From Clostridiales bacterium UBA6388 (lineage in GTDB: Bacteria; Bacillota; Clostridia; Oscillospirales; Oscillospiraceae), in contig DJQK01000097.1 of assembly GCA_002437575.1 (NCBI GenBank), positions 1-42,697 of the forward strand: 42,697 bases of DNA, read 5' to 3'. The notes under the pieces were generated by a model. That model had not been told where the DNA came from. It searched no databases and worked only from the letters and a program-made list of their open reading frames with translations. Position numbers and translations under genes: made by a program. This document shows positions 1-8,290 of this stretch, one piece after another; the stretch's first letter is position 1; every line of letters begins with the position of its first letter.

Positions 1-894
1 CTTATCCAGCCCCAGCATCCGGGCCGGGCGCTTCTGCTTCCAGTCGATCCATTCCAGCTTCGCGCTGTGCCCGCCGCAGTAGCCCCTGTTCTTCGTATCT
101 CTGGTGATCGCTTTCGCGATCATTTCCCCACAGCCCTGCACAATCAGATTCTCGACATTCCTGTGCTTCTGCCAAAGGCGCAGGTACGCCACGGGCCGGG
201 CATCGTCTCCGGCCGCTTTCAGGTACTGCGTCAGGGCCGAATGCTCGATGGTCGTGCCGGTAAGGTCTTCCGGCTTGCGGAACCAGTTTTCCTCCAGCGT
301 CTCGCCCCATCTGTCGTCGCAGCGCTTCACCTGCCGCCAGCGGCCAAAATAGCTGATCGTGTTCAGGCACTTCTGATACCCCGTCAGTCGGACCGTCTTT
401 TTCTGCTCAAAAACATACGCCTCATACGGCCACATCCGGTAAATTTTCTGCGCGTCCTCGCCGATATTCCGCTCCGCGCGCCAGCCCAGCAGGATGAATT
501 TTTCTCCCAGCTGCCACGGCTCACAGAAATAGACGTTGTCGTCGATCCCGTCCCTTGACAGCTGCCCGATATGCTTTGCCCGGAGTTCCGCGCCGCACTG
601 CGGACACTGAAGCTTGTCTTCCGGGCCGATCTGCATGACGCCCTCCACGAAGCCGAACGGCGCCCAGCCTTTTCCGCAGTCCGCTCCTCTGACCTTCTCC
701 GTGATCCAGCTGCCGCCGCAGGCCGTGCAGGTCACGGACACGGCGTTTTCCCGCATGCCGGTCAGCGGATCGCGGTAATATGTATCCCGGTAGATCGCGT
801 ACTCGGTTTTAAACTTCGTTTTGATGCACCAGTCCAGCGCTCCCTCGGACGGCTGGCGGGGCAGCCGCTCCTCATAGTTGATCTGTTCGCTCAT
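1..894 (-). CDS. pcfJ: PcfJ-like protein, N-terminal part (runs off window start; not in ORF track)
   Basis: Manual translation from ATG at 894 gives MSEQINYEERLPRQPSEG...VTCTACG...LQCPQCGAEL..., open for 298 codons to base 1. It has two CxxC motifs and follows a PcfK-like gene; the C-terminal part is at 42408-42697. Confidence 0.85.
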   Translation of the reverse strand, partial: MSEQINYEERLPRQPSEGALDWCIKTKFKTEYAIYRDTYYRDPLTGMRENAVSVTCTACGGSWITEKVRGADCGKGWAPFGFVEGVMQIGPEDKLQCPQCGAELRAKHIGQLSRDGIDDNVYFCEPWQLGEKFILLGWRAERNIGEDAQKIYRMWPYEAYVFEQKKTVRLTGYQKCLNTISYFGRWRQVKRCDDRWGETLEENWFRKPEDLTGTTIEHSALTQYLKAAGDDARPVAYLRLWQKHRNVENLIVQGCGEMIAKAITRDTKNRGYCGGHSAKLEWIDWKQKRPARMLGLDK

Positions 895-1244
895 CCGAAG
901 AAATCCTCCAGATTTACGACGTTCCCGGCCGGTACGGGAGGTGCGGCAGGTTCCGGCTTCGGCGCTTCCGCCTGCTCCGGCAGGCCGAAGTATTTGCGGA
1001 TGATCTTCTCGGCCTCTGTGCCAGTGCAGCAGCTGCCGTTTTTGCGCGCGAACGCCCGGATGTTGGCCTCGCAATCCTTGAGGTTCATGCCGCCGTGCTG
1101 CAGTTCGTCCAGCACCAGCTTGCTTGCCGCCTCATCCGGCGTGATCATCTCCAGCAGCTGCTCCCCGCACATCCAGACCGGGCCGCGCGGCCCCTGCTGC
1201 TTGCGGATGATCTCCGTTACCTCTTGCAAATATGGATTTTTCAT
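891..1244 (-). CDS. PcfK-like protein
   Basis: MKNPYLQEV...FARKNGSCCTGTEAEKIIRKYFGL...VVNLEDFFG, directly upstream of pcfJ with a 4-nt overlap and an AAGGAG RBS. Confidence 0.6.
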   Translation of the reverse strand: MKNPYLQEVTEIIRKQQGPRGPVWMCGEQLLEMITPDEAASKLVLDELQHGGMNLKDCEANIRAFARKNGSCCTGTEAEKIIRKYFGLPEQAEAPKPEPAAPPVPAGNVVNLEDFFG

Positions 1245-1328
1245 GCTATACTCTCCTTGTACTTGATTTTCACAGAGAAGCGCAGGCTTCTCCGCCCTCG
1301 TCCGGCTGGAACCGGTCGGGGGCATTTT

Positions 1329-1586
1329 TTATCCGAACATCCTGTCCGGCTGATAGCCAAGCTTGGCCACGCTGGCCGTCTGGTGGTATTCCGGCCGCTT
1401 GAAGCTGTAGCCCCAGCGCTTGGCCGCCCAGAACAGGGCCGCCGTCTCGTCTGCCGCATGGACAGTCAGCTGACGCCCAGCATAGTCCACCACGAAATAG
1501 TGCTTGCCGGTATAGCCCGGCTGCTCGACGATATCCGCGCGCTTCGCGGGCCGCTCGCCGGGATAGCTGATACTATTTTGCTGCAT
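1329..1586 (-). CDS. Hypothetical early protein
   Basis: MQQNSISYPG..., GGAGAGG RBS, coupled to its neighbours. Confidence 0.65.
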   Translation of the reverse strand: MQQNSISYPGERPAKRADIVEQPGYTGKHYFVVDYAGRQLTVHAADETAALFWAAKRWGYSFKRPEYHQTASVAKLGYQPDRMFG

Positions 1587-1821
1587 ATGTCTTGCCTCTC
1601 CTGTCCTTATTTGCCGCCCGCTCGATCTGCCGGACGGCGGCTCTGTCCGGTTCCAGACTGAGTTTGTCCCGGTGGTTGACATCATAGATGTGGTTGCGGA
1701 TGCTCTCATAGAGCGTCCAGCTGCAGCAGCGTGTGCTGCATCCGGCCTCGCGGCTTTGGCAGTCCTTCCCGCACGGTGACGGGATCTGCCGCATGCGCGG
1801 CGCGTAGATCTGCGCCGTCAT
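1573..1821 (-). CDS. Small Cys-rich hypothetical protein
   Basis: PCGKDCQSREAGCSTRCCSW motif of the kind seen in small phage Zn-binding proteins; overlaps the upstream stop. Confidence 0.65.
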   Translation of the reverse strand: MTAQIYAPRMRQIPSPCGKDCQSREAGCSTRCCSWTLYESIRNHIYDVNHRDKLSLEPDRAAVRQIERAANKDRRGKTYAAK

Positions 1822-2042
1822 AGTGCTTCGTCCTGCACTTTCATAAGCCAGTACGCCAGCTTTTGCATCCGCGTCTCCTGCGCAAGCAGCGCGTCCGTCG
1901 TTTCGTGATCGACGCGCGGCATATCATACAGGAGCGCCCGGTCGTTCTTGAGGTCGTCCGCGAATGCGCTCACCGCCTCGATCACATCCGCCAGCTGATC
2001 CGGGCGGAAATTGACCGTGATTTTGCGCTCCTTCACAGGCAT
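1818..2042 (-). CDS. Hypothetical early protein
   Basis: MPVKERKITVNF..., coupled to flanking ORFs. Confidence 0.6.
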   Translation of the reverse strand: MPVKERKITVNFRPDQLADVIEAVSAFADDLKNDRALLYDMPRVDHETTDALLAQETRMQKLAYWLMKVQDEAL

Positions 2043-2281
2043 ACACCCGTCAAAAACGTCGTAACCGACACGCCGCCGAGAACGGCGGCGATCTCCGCCG
2101 CGTTGGCGCAGCCCGCGATGATGCACAGCGCAAATGCCACGCCGGATAGCCAAATGCACACCAGCCGGGCCAGCCGCCGCATGGCCTTGCGCTGCTGGTA
2201 CGCCTCATAGATCCGCGCCTGCCGCTCGCGCGTGATCTCCTCCGGCTCCTGCCCGAGCCGTTCTGCAAGATTCGTTCTCAT
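2033..2281 (-). CDS. Small membrane protein (2 TM)
   Basis: MRTNLAERL... with an AAGGAGG RBS and two C-terminal hydrophobic segments. Confidence 0.65.
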   Translation of the reverse strand: MRTNLAERLGQEPEEITRERQARIYEAYQQRKAMRRLARLVCIWLSGVAFALCIIAGCANAAEIAAVLGGVSVTTFLTGVCL

Positions 2282-2535
2282 GTTGCTTCCTCCTTCGTAT
2301 CCGGCAAAATCTCCGCCTGCCCCAGCACCTGCAGCAGATGCCGCGCCTCCTCGGCGCTTTTTCTGCGATCTGCTGCTTCCAGAATCAGTGGCTTCCGCCA
2401 TTCTGGATTTCCGGCCCAATCCTTTGCGCCCTTTTCGTATCTCTCCGCAGCCCCGGCGTCTGCAAACATGGCCTGCTCGACCCGGTGCTTGAGCCTCCAC
2501 CAGTCATCGTCGGAAATAATCAGCTTACACATCAT
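2278..2535 (-). CDS. Hypothetical early protein
   Basis: 85 aa ORF with a GGAGG RBS, overlapping its neighbours. Confidence 0.6.
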   Translation of the reverse strand: MMCKLIISDDDWWRLKHRVEQAMFADAGAAERYEKGAKDWAGNPEWRKPLILEAADRRKSAEEARHLLQVLGQAEILPDTKEEAT

Positions 2536-2749
2536 TCCGCTTATCCTCCTTCGTCTCCTGCATCCGCCTGACGAGCCGGGCCAGACGGGCGTTTTGTGTC
2601 ACGAGTTTCTGCGCGTCCATGTCCAGCCCCTTGCGCTTGAGTCCATTGATGATCTGCGCATTCTGGCACTCGCACGCAAGCGCCGCCTCGATCAGATCAT
2701 GCAACTCCCACGCATCCAGCGTCAGGGTGTAGGTCTTTGCCTTTGCCAT
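2525..2749 (-). CDS. Hypothetical early protein
   Basis: MAKAKTYTLTL..., in operon context. Confidence 0.65.
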   Translation of the reverse strand: MAKAKTYTLTLDAWELHDLIEAALACECQNAQIINGLKRKGLDMDAQKLVTQNARLARLVRRMQETKEDKRNDV

Positions 2750-2752
2750 GGG

Positions 2753-3004
2753 TCAGCCTTTTGCCTCCCGGATCATCAGCGTACCGCCGTTGCCCCAGAA
2801 TTCAGATACCTCTCCGTCCTCAAATACGCTGAGGTCCTTCAGGCTTGTCAGCGTCTGCTGTCTCGTCTTCTCCGGGAGATAAAGGCTCCCCGTATAGCCG
2901 AGACTGCTGTTTGGAATTCGCGGCTGTTCGCTTGCGCGCATCAGGTATACCACCCGCACGTCGCACGTCAGCCGGAAAAGGCTTAAAAGTTCTTTGATTT
3001 TCAC
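2753..3004 (-). CDS. Hypothetical early protein
   Basis: 83 aa ORF with a GTGA overlap with the upstream stop. Confidence 0.55.
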   Translation of the reverse strand: MKIKELLSLFRLTCDVRVVYLMRASEQPRIPNSSLGYTGSLYLPEKTRQQTLTSLKDLSVFEDGEVSEFWGNGGTLMIREAKG

Positions 3005-3414
3005 GGCTTTACCTCAACATCGATTGGGAATTCCGTGTGGAAATACATCTTGTAGTGGTACGCGTCTGTGTGCGTCCCGGAAATGTCCTCTACCACATAG
3101 AGGGTATAATCGTTCAGGTATATGTAATTCTTCTTGTACTCGTTGGGTCCGACCTTGCAGGTTACAATGAGTTCGCTGTTGCTGTCGTTGTTGGAAATGC
3201 TCATGTAGCCCTCGGCTTCCAGGATTATTTTGTCCGTCCTGGCGTTGTATACGGTGATCCGGCGCTCAGATTCAAAATAATCCGCCTGCTTGCTGATATT
3301 GTGGTTTACCTTGTCGGCCTCCGAGCAGCCGGTCAGCATTGCTGTAATCAGCAGCGCCAGAAGGACTGCCGCAATCAGCGATACGACGGTGGTGGTGTTT
3401 TTGGATTTTCTCAT
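3001..3414 (-). CDS. Phage lipoprotein (beta-sandwich type)
   Basis: Basic N-terminus, hydrophobic stretch and lipobox LTGC, followed by EADKVNHNISKQADYF..RRITVYNARTD, a common phage lipoprotein pattern. Confidence 0.8.
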   Translation of the reverse strand: MRKSKNTTTVVSLIAAVLLALLITAMLTGCSEADKVNHNISKQADYFESERRITVYNARTDKIILEAEGYMSISNNDSNSELIVTCKVGPNEYKKNYIYLNDYTLYVVEDISGTHTDAYHYKMYFHTEFPIDVEVKP

Positions 3415-3593
3415 GCCGTTTCCTCCTCTGTTTTGTAAAAGTCCACTCCTGGGTATAGCCCCCGCAGCCAGCGAATCTTCAGTTCCGTCGCGGCTGCGCG
3501 CTTCTTTTCCAGTGTCAGATCGTCAAACCGCACCGGCTCGCCGCCGACGTAAACATAGCTTTCCGTCCGGATCACCGGCTTCTTTCTTGCCAT
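3411..3593 (-). CDS. Small basic hypothetical protein
   Basis: 60 aa with an AAGGAGG RBS. Confidence 0.6.
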   Translation of the reverse strand: MARKKPVIRTESYVYVGGEPVRFDDLTLEKKRAAATELKIRWLRGLYPGVDFYKTEEETA

Positions 3594-3642
3594 ACCCCGC
3601 GCCTCCTTTTCGTGTATTCTATGCGTTTGCTTCTGTTGGCGT

Positions 3643-3933
3643 TCAGTTCCCTCGTACTGAAATCACGGTATTCTCTTCCGCGATGTCGGCAATCAGATTG
3701 TTGTACGCGGCCCGCGCTGCGGCCTCCGTGGAGTAGTACGCGACAACGACGTAACTCTTTACCAGCGCCCAGCGATCTTCGCAGTCGTAGGTGTGGCCGA
3801 TCTCAGCGTCGCCGAGTTTGCACACTTTATTGCTCACCGTATCCACGATCACGGTTCTGCGCTCCACGCAGATGGTGTCGCTATCGTCGAGGCTGGCGCA
3901 GCACATATTGGCAAAATTGTTGATGTAATTCAT
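3643..3933 (-). CDS. Hypothetical protein
   Basis: 96 aa with an AAAGGAG RBS. Confidence 0.65.
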   Translation of the reverse strand: MNYINNFANMCCASLDDSDTICVERRTVIVDTVSNKVCKLGDAEIGHTYDCEDRWALVKSYVVVAYYSTEAAARAAYNNLIADIAEENTVISVRGN

Positions 3934-3952
3934 GATAAATTCTCCTTTTCAT

Positions 3953-4105
3953 TTACGGTGTTTCTTCCAGCAAGTTCACGATGCAGCACATCTGCTCCGT
4001 CAGCTTTGCAAGATCCTCGTTTGTGGTTTCCTGCTTTCTGCTACGCTCGGCCAGCAATTTCAGCTGCTCTTCGAGCGTCTGCCGCAGATCATCGTCGATT
4101 ACCAT
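3953..4105 (-). CDS. Small coiled-coil hypothetical protein
   Basis: MVIDDDLRQTLEEQLKLLAERS..., TGATG overlap with the cro stop, AAGGAGG RBS. Confidence 0.6.
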   Translation of the reverse strand: MVIDDDLRQTLEEQLKLLAERSRKQETTNEDLAKLTEQMCCIVNLLEETP

Positions 4106-4314
4106 CAGACGGCCTCCTTTTTCGGTTTTTGCAGCAGTGAATCGACCGATACGCCGAAGTAGTCCGCGATTGCCTTTACCGTACTGATGCGTGGGGCGGC
4201 TTCTTTCCCTTCCCACTTGCCGATAGTTCCATTGGCAATGCCGCACGCCTTTTCTACGGTCGCAATGTTTGTCTTGTGTTTCTCGCAGAGGCGCTTGACA
4301 TTCTCATAAATCAA
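4105..4314 (-). CDS. cro: Cro-like XRE HTH regulator
   Basis: 69 aa XRE HTH (IATVEKACGIANGTIGKWE...IADYFGVSVDSLL), first gene of the lytic operon and divergent from the repressor. Confidence 0.85.
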   Translation of the reverse strand: MIYENVKRLCEKHKTNIATVEKACGIANGTIGKWEGKEAAPRISTVKAIADYFGVSVDSLLQKPKKEAV

Positions 4315-4344
4315 AAAAATCCCTCCAATCTAAACGAATAGTAC

Positions 4345-4373
4345 TTGACAGAGATTAGAAGATAGTCTAATAT
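4345..4373 (+). promoter_or_regulatory. Lysogenic (repressor) promoter with overlapping operator-like palindrome
   Basis: TTGACA-17bp-TAATAT. The spacer and -10 overlap TTAGA-agatag-TCTAA. Confidence 0.7.
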
Positions 4374-4453
4374 AAGCGTGTCAAGGCAATTAAATATCTT
4401 CTGAAAGTCCGTCTTGGTGAGGGGCTTGGTTTTTTGTACCCTTCACGCGTCTA

Positions 4454-4482
4454 AGTATAATAGACTTAAGTCGCATTGTCAA
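4454..4482 (-). promoter_or_regulatory. Lytic (cro) promoter
   Basis: Minus-strand TTGACA-17bp-TATACT, with palindrome GACTTAAGTC in the spacer. Confidence 0.75.
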
Positions 4483-4514
4483 GAAGAAAATCTGATTTTT
4501 GTCTAATTATTTTT

Positions 4515-4865
4515 ATGGATTTGCATTTACGTCTAAAAAACCTTTGTAAGAGCAGGGGCACAAGCATTGCTGCGATTGAATCCAGCCTCGGTTTGGGGAA
4601 CGGAACCGCCGGGAAGTGGTGGAAAAACGGTCGTGTTCCGAACTACGCAAACCTTTCAGCCGTAGCCGCAGAACTCGATACGACTGTCGCCTATCTGACG
4701 GGCGAGACCGACGATCCGTCTGCGGGCATAAAAAAAGACCCCATCCGGGAGGATGGGGCGGTGAGTGAGCCGAAGCAGAAGCTGCTTGATATGATCGACG
4801 GGCTTTCTGACGAGCAGTGCAGAAAGCTTGCCGGGTTTATCGCGGAAGCGCTGAAGCTGATGTGA
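4515..4865 (+). CDS. cI: CI-like XRE repressor without peptidase S24 domain
   Basis: N-terminal XRE HTH (SIAAIESSLGLGNGTAGKW...LDTTVAYLTGETD) and a short helical C-terminus; divergent from cro. Confidence 0.85.
   Translation: MDLHLRLKNLCKSRGTSIAAIESSLGLGNGTAGKWWKNGRVPNYANLSAVAAELDTTVAYLTGETDDPSAGIKKDPIREDGAVSEPKQKLLDMIDGLSDEQCRKLAGFIAEALKLM
4729..4759 (-). terminator. Antisense intrinsic terminator inside the repressor gene
   Basis: Minus strand GCCCCATCC-tccc-GGATGGGGT followed by CTTTTTTT. Confidence 0.5.
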
Positions 4866-4873
4866 GGGTCACT

Positions 4874-5359
4874 ATGGGTATAGACATAAAAAGCCGCACG
4901 TTTTGTATAAAATCCACAAAACGTGCGGAACGGAAGGAGTTTCTACGGTATCCAGTGATAAAATCTGAAAAAGACTATATCAAAGCCCAAAAGGAAATGC
5001 TTCTTCGTATCCAAGAAATGAAGCTGGAAGATGTCAATACGCGGAATATGTCTACTGATGAAGCGGAAATCCTGATGAGTTGCGTTAAGGCCGGGTATTT
5101 AATCGGTCGTTATGAGGAAAACGGTTTAGAACTTCGGACTATGGATGGAAAGGCACACCCGGAACTTTTCAGCACCAGCATCACGCCATCCGGCGCAGCT
5201 TTCTTGAAACCAAATCATACTGACGCAAAAGCTACGATCGCTTTGATTATTTCGTTTTTGGCACTTATTGTTTCTATCCTATCCAACTTTTTAGACATGA
5301 AAGAAACCATTGACTTCCTAATATGTTTATTAAAATCGATAATATCGAAAACACAATAG
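4874..5359 (+). CDS. Hypothetical protein with C-terminal TM helix
   Basis: MGIDIKSRTF..., AT-rich, TM segment ATIALIISFLALIVSIL; directly downstream of the repressor. Confidence 0.7.
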   Translation: MGIDIKSRTFCIKSTKRAERKEFLRYPVIKSEKDYIKAQKEMLLRIQEMKLEDVNTRNMSTDEAEILMSCVKAGYLIGRYEENGLELRTMDGKAHPELFSTSITPSGAAFLKPNHTDAKATIALIISFLALIVSILSNFLDMKETIDFLICLLKSIISKTQ

Positions 5360-5422
5360 TGAGTGTAAACAGAATATCCGTCTTGCTTTTTTTCATTTTC
5401 ATTTGTTTTCAGCCTCCGTTTG

Positions 5423-5743
5423 TTAAACGGGTAAGTTCCCGCGCTGCCACTGGATATTCAGCGCTTCTCGGATAGCTTCAGCTTTTTCAGGGGTAATGTC
5501 TGTCGGCTCGTAATCCTCGCATGGATTATCTTTCCCGCAGCCAATCACATACCAGCCGCCCCAAGTGGGGTATCGGACGATTACATGCTTGCACCCAGAA
5601 CAGGCAAGGCTGGAGCACTGCGGAAGCTTTGCGTCGCTGATGAGCGCAGACCGTCGCGTCTTCTCCTGTTCCAGCGAAAGCTGCTCTCTCAGTTTGCGGT
5701 TTTCTTCTCTCAAGCGTTCAAGTTCTTTTCTTGCAAACAGCAT
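5423..5743 (-). CDS. Hypothetical coiled-coil plus Cys-rich protein
   Basis: AAGGAGG RBS, N-terminal heptads, then CSSLACSGCKH...CGKDNPC. Confidence 0.7.
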   Translation of the reverse strand: MLFARKELERLREENRKLREQLSLEQEKTRRSALISDAKLPQCSSLACSGCKHVIVRYPTWGGWYVIGCGKDNPCEDYEPTDITPEKAEAIREALNIQWQRGNLPV

Positions 5744-5868
5744 TGTAGCCTCCTTAATACATACGCAGCCTGTTCGTCCGTCAAAGACAAGACGGCGGCT
5801 TTTAATTCCTCACGAACGTTTGTTTCCTTGGTATCATTATCGCACACTTTCCGTAAATTTTCAACCAT
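5710..5868 (-). CDS. 52-aa protein resembling the repressor C-terminal helices (candidate antirepressor; not in ORF track)
   Basis: AGGAG RBS then MVENLRKVCDNDTKETNVREELKAAVLSLTDEQAAYVLRRLQCCLQEKNLNA*. Confidence 0.55.
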   Translation of the reverse strand: MVENLRKVCDNDTKETNVREELKAAVLSLTDEQAAYVLRRLQCCLQEKNLNA

Positions 5869-5995
5869 TGTCCGCTCCTATCTCCATTCTTCCAAATTCC
5901 GACGTTTATTTTTATGCAGTTTCCACATTGCGGTTACTGGTTCTAAGTGGTAATATGTAATTGTTTACAACGAGCATATAAGGGGTGCCGCATTG

Positions 5996-7135
5996 ATGAG
6001 TAAAAATGAATATATTGTACGGTGCCCGAGGTGCGGGACAGAATTCCCGGAACGGGAAAAGTTCTGCCCGCACTGCAGCACGCCGAACCGGAAGATGATT
6101 TGCCGTTCCTGCGGTAAACAGATCAACGCCCGTGATCCCGTCTGTAAGTTTTGCGGGGCCAAGAACCGCAGGCGCATCGACCCACTCAGAATCGGGCTTC
6201 TGGCTGCCGTCCCGCTCCTGATTGTTCTTCTTGTTGTCCTGCTGCCGAAGAAGTCCGGCACGGTGAAGGACCCGTCCGGCGCTCAGATGCAAGCCGAGGT
6301 TTCCACAGCATCGGAATCATCTGAACGGTCCACCGCGCAGGACGCTCCTGTCCAGCCTGAACCGCAGGACACCTCCGGGCAGTCCTCGCAGTCCTTCGAC
6401 GTGGAAAAGCACTCTGGTACGTTATTCAGCGGCGGCACAGTTGAGATCACGATTCCGTCCGATTACATAGGTGAGGACGTCACGCAGGACGAGTTGGATG
6501 CAAAAGTCGAGCAAGCAGACGGCTTTAAGTCCGCCACGCTGAACGCAGACGGCTCCGTGACGTACATTATGACGGAATCCTGCCACAAAAAGCTGATGCA
6601 GGACATGGCGGAGCAGATCGATAGCAGCCTCGCTGATATAGTCGGATCCGCGGACTACCCGAGCGTCACCGCGATTGATTCCTCAGACGACTACACAAAA
6701 TTCACCGTCACACTGTCTTCTGATGCTGTGAGTTTTCAGGAATCCATCATGGCGCTTGCGTTTTATATGAGCGGCGGACTGTATCACTATTTCAGCACAG
6801 GTGAACCGGTTGACAACATCAATGTCCGCTTCGTGGATCAGTCCGGCAATCTCTTGCAGGAGGCAAACTCAAAGGACATCGACCCCGATGCACTCTCTTC
6901 TGACGTCAATACCGACGTCAGCGAGGCTGAACCGCCTGCGGAGACCACCTCGCCAGATCTTTCTCAGGGCAAATCTGCCGGGAAATTTGTTGCGAGTTCA
7001 GACAGCGACAAATTCCACAAGCCGAATTGCCAATGGGCCAAAAAGATACTGAGTGAAAATGAAATCTGGTTTGATTCTTCGGACGACGCCATAGCCGCCG
7101 GATACGGCGCGTGCGGAACTTGCCATCCAAAATAA
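5996..7135 (+). CDS. Membrane-anchored protein: double zinc ribbon, TM, extracellular region, C-terminal Ada-like metal-binding domain
   Basis: Four N-terminal CxxC motifs, TM IGLLAAVPLLIVLLVVLL, C-terminus KFHKPNC...AIAAGYGACGTCHP; lysogeny-module position typical of exclusion/surface proteins. Confidence 0.8.
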   Translation: MSKNEYIVRCPRCGTEFPEREKFCPHCSTPNRKMICRSCGKQINARDPVCKFCGAKNRRRIDPLRIGLLAAVPLLIVLLVVLLPKKSGTVKDPSGAQMQAEVSTASESSERSTAQDAPVQPEPQDTSGQSSQSFDVEKHSGTLFSGGTVEITIPSDYIGEDVTQDELDAKVEQADGFKSATLNADGSVTYIMTESCHKKLMQDMAEQIDSSLADIVGSADYPSVTAIDSSDDYTKFTVTLSSDAVSFQESIMALAFYMSGGLYHYFSTGEPVDNINVRFVDQSGNLLQEANSKDIDPDALSSDVNTDVSEAEPPAETTSPDLSQGKSAGKFVASSDSDKFHKPNCQWAKKILSENEIWFDSSDDAIAAGYGACGTCHPK

Positions 7136-7143
7136 TCCGTCGC

Positions 7144-7326
7144 TTATTGCAGCACACGCGGCCCGCGCCGTTCGTCCTGCTCCCCGCCTATGTCGGCGAC
7201 GCAGGAAAAGAGCAGTGGCACGCCCTTGATGTAATCCACGCTGACGCTATGCACGTCCGTCAGCTTCGCGCCGTCTACTGTTACGTCCACTTTCCCATTG
7301 TTTACTCGGATGTTGATGCACTCCAT
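7144..7326 (-). CDS. Small protein downstream of an SOS box
   Basis: 60 aa with a GGAGG RBS; the upstream promoter contains a LexA box. Confidence 0.7.
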   Translation of the reverse strand: MECINIRVNNGKVDVTVDGAKLTDVHSVSVDYIKGVPLLFSCVADIGGEQDERRGPRVLQ

Positions 7327-7345
7327 GTTTTTCCTCCCGTCTGTT

Positions 7346-7373
7346 ATTATAGAACGTCTGTTCTAAAAATCAA
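7346..7373 (-). promoter_or_regulatory. Promoter with Gram-positive LexA (SOS/Cheo) box
   Basis: Minus strand TTGATT-16bp-TATAAT. The spacer holds AGAAC-N4-GTTCT (7351-7364), matching GAAC-N4-GTTC. Confidence 0.75.
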
Positions 7374-7475
7374 CTTGGCATACTGCATAAACAAATCGCG
7401 TTATTTTTGGTAATCCGGAATCCGTTGGTGTACCGATTATGGGACTGGTTCTTTGATATAATATTTCGTTTGATC

Positions 7476-7508
7476 GGCCCCATCGTATGTGCTAGATACG
7501 ATGGGGCC
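7476..7508. repeat. 13-bp perfect inverted repeat in a non-coding leader
   Basis: GGCCCCATCGTAT-gtgctag-ATACGATGGGGCC, just downstream of TG-a-TATAAT (7454-7462). Confidence 0.8.
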
Positions 7509-7711
7509 TTGTAGCAGATACCCCTTGAAGCAGCTATCTGCCACGCCTCCAGCGTAGCAGATAGGCCCGTTAAATGTCCATACGCAAAATAGGAAAATAG
7601 CTGTCCATTTCAGAAATTTTTCGTGGAAAACTTTTTTCTTTTTTGAAAATCGTGAAAATTGTTTCTGTTTCAGGAAAGTCTTTCCCAAATCAAGAAAGTT
7701 GGAGGCATATC

Positions 7712-8290
7712 ATGTCAGTATTGGAAGATCCCTCGCTGCCCGTTGACTCATTCCGCGAACGAATACGAGAGGAGAAAAGAAAATCCGGGCTTACCATCGA
7801 GCAGGTTGCTGAAGAGTCCGGCGTTTCAAAAACGTGTGTGATAAAGCTGCTTTCAAACAGTAAGGTCGAACTGAAACTGAACGACTGCGTTGCGCTCTGC
7901 CGGTTCTTCAGCCTTTCTGTCGATGAGGCGTTCGGCCTGCGTGCACCCGCTCTTACGGCGGATCCGCCGCAGGAGGTATTGGATCGCAACCACAAGTTTG
8001 AAGTTGAAAATGCCCGTGTTTCCGCCGCAAACGAAGTGTTGCGTTCGCAGGTCAAAGCGACACATAAGCTATGCTATCTTTTGTTCGGCTTGATTCCGTT
8101 TCTTGCCGTCGCTCTGATCGTTTATCTTGTTATCGATTCCAGAATAAAGGACTACGGCTTAATCCATGACGGTATACTGTCACCATATGCGTGGATTCTC
8201 GCCGCATTGGCCGCCATCAGCATTGTTCCTGCTCTTATTTCGATTCTGTACATCTCTCGCCTCGACCGCAAGGAGGATCGCCATGCCTGA
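7712..8290 (+). CDS. XRE HTH protein with two C-terminal TM helices
   Basis: GGAGG RBS, LTIEQVAEESGVSKTCVIKLL HTH, a coiled coil and two hydrophobic segments; overlaps the integrase start. Confidence 0.8.
   Translation: MSVLEDPSLPVDSFRERIREEKRKSGLTIEQVAEESGVSKTCVIKLLSNSKVELKLNDCVALCRFFSLSVDEAFGLRAPALTADPPQEVLDRNHKFEVENARVSAANEVLRSQVKATHKLCYLLFGLIPFLAVALIVYLVIDSRIKDYGLIHDGILSPYAWILAALAAISIVPALISILYISRLDRKEDRHA

Noticed and set aside
7437..7688. 83-aa minus-strand ORF
   Set aside because: It is a low-complexity translation of an AT-rich promoter and hairpin region with no RBS.
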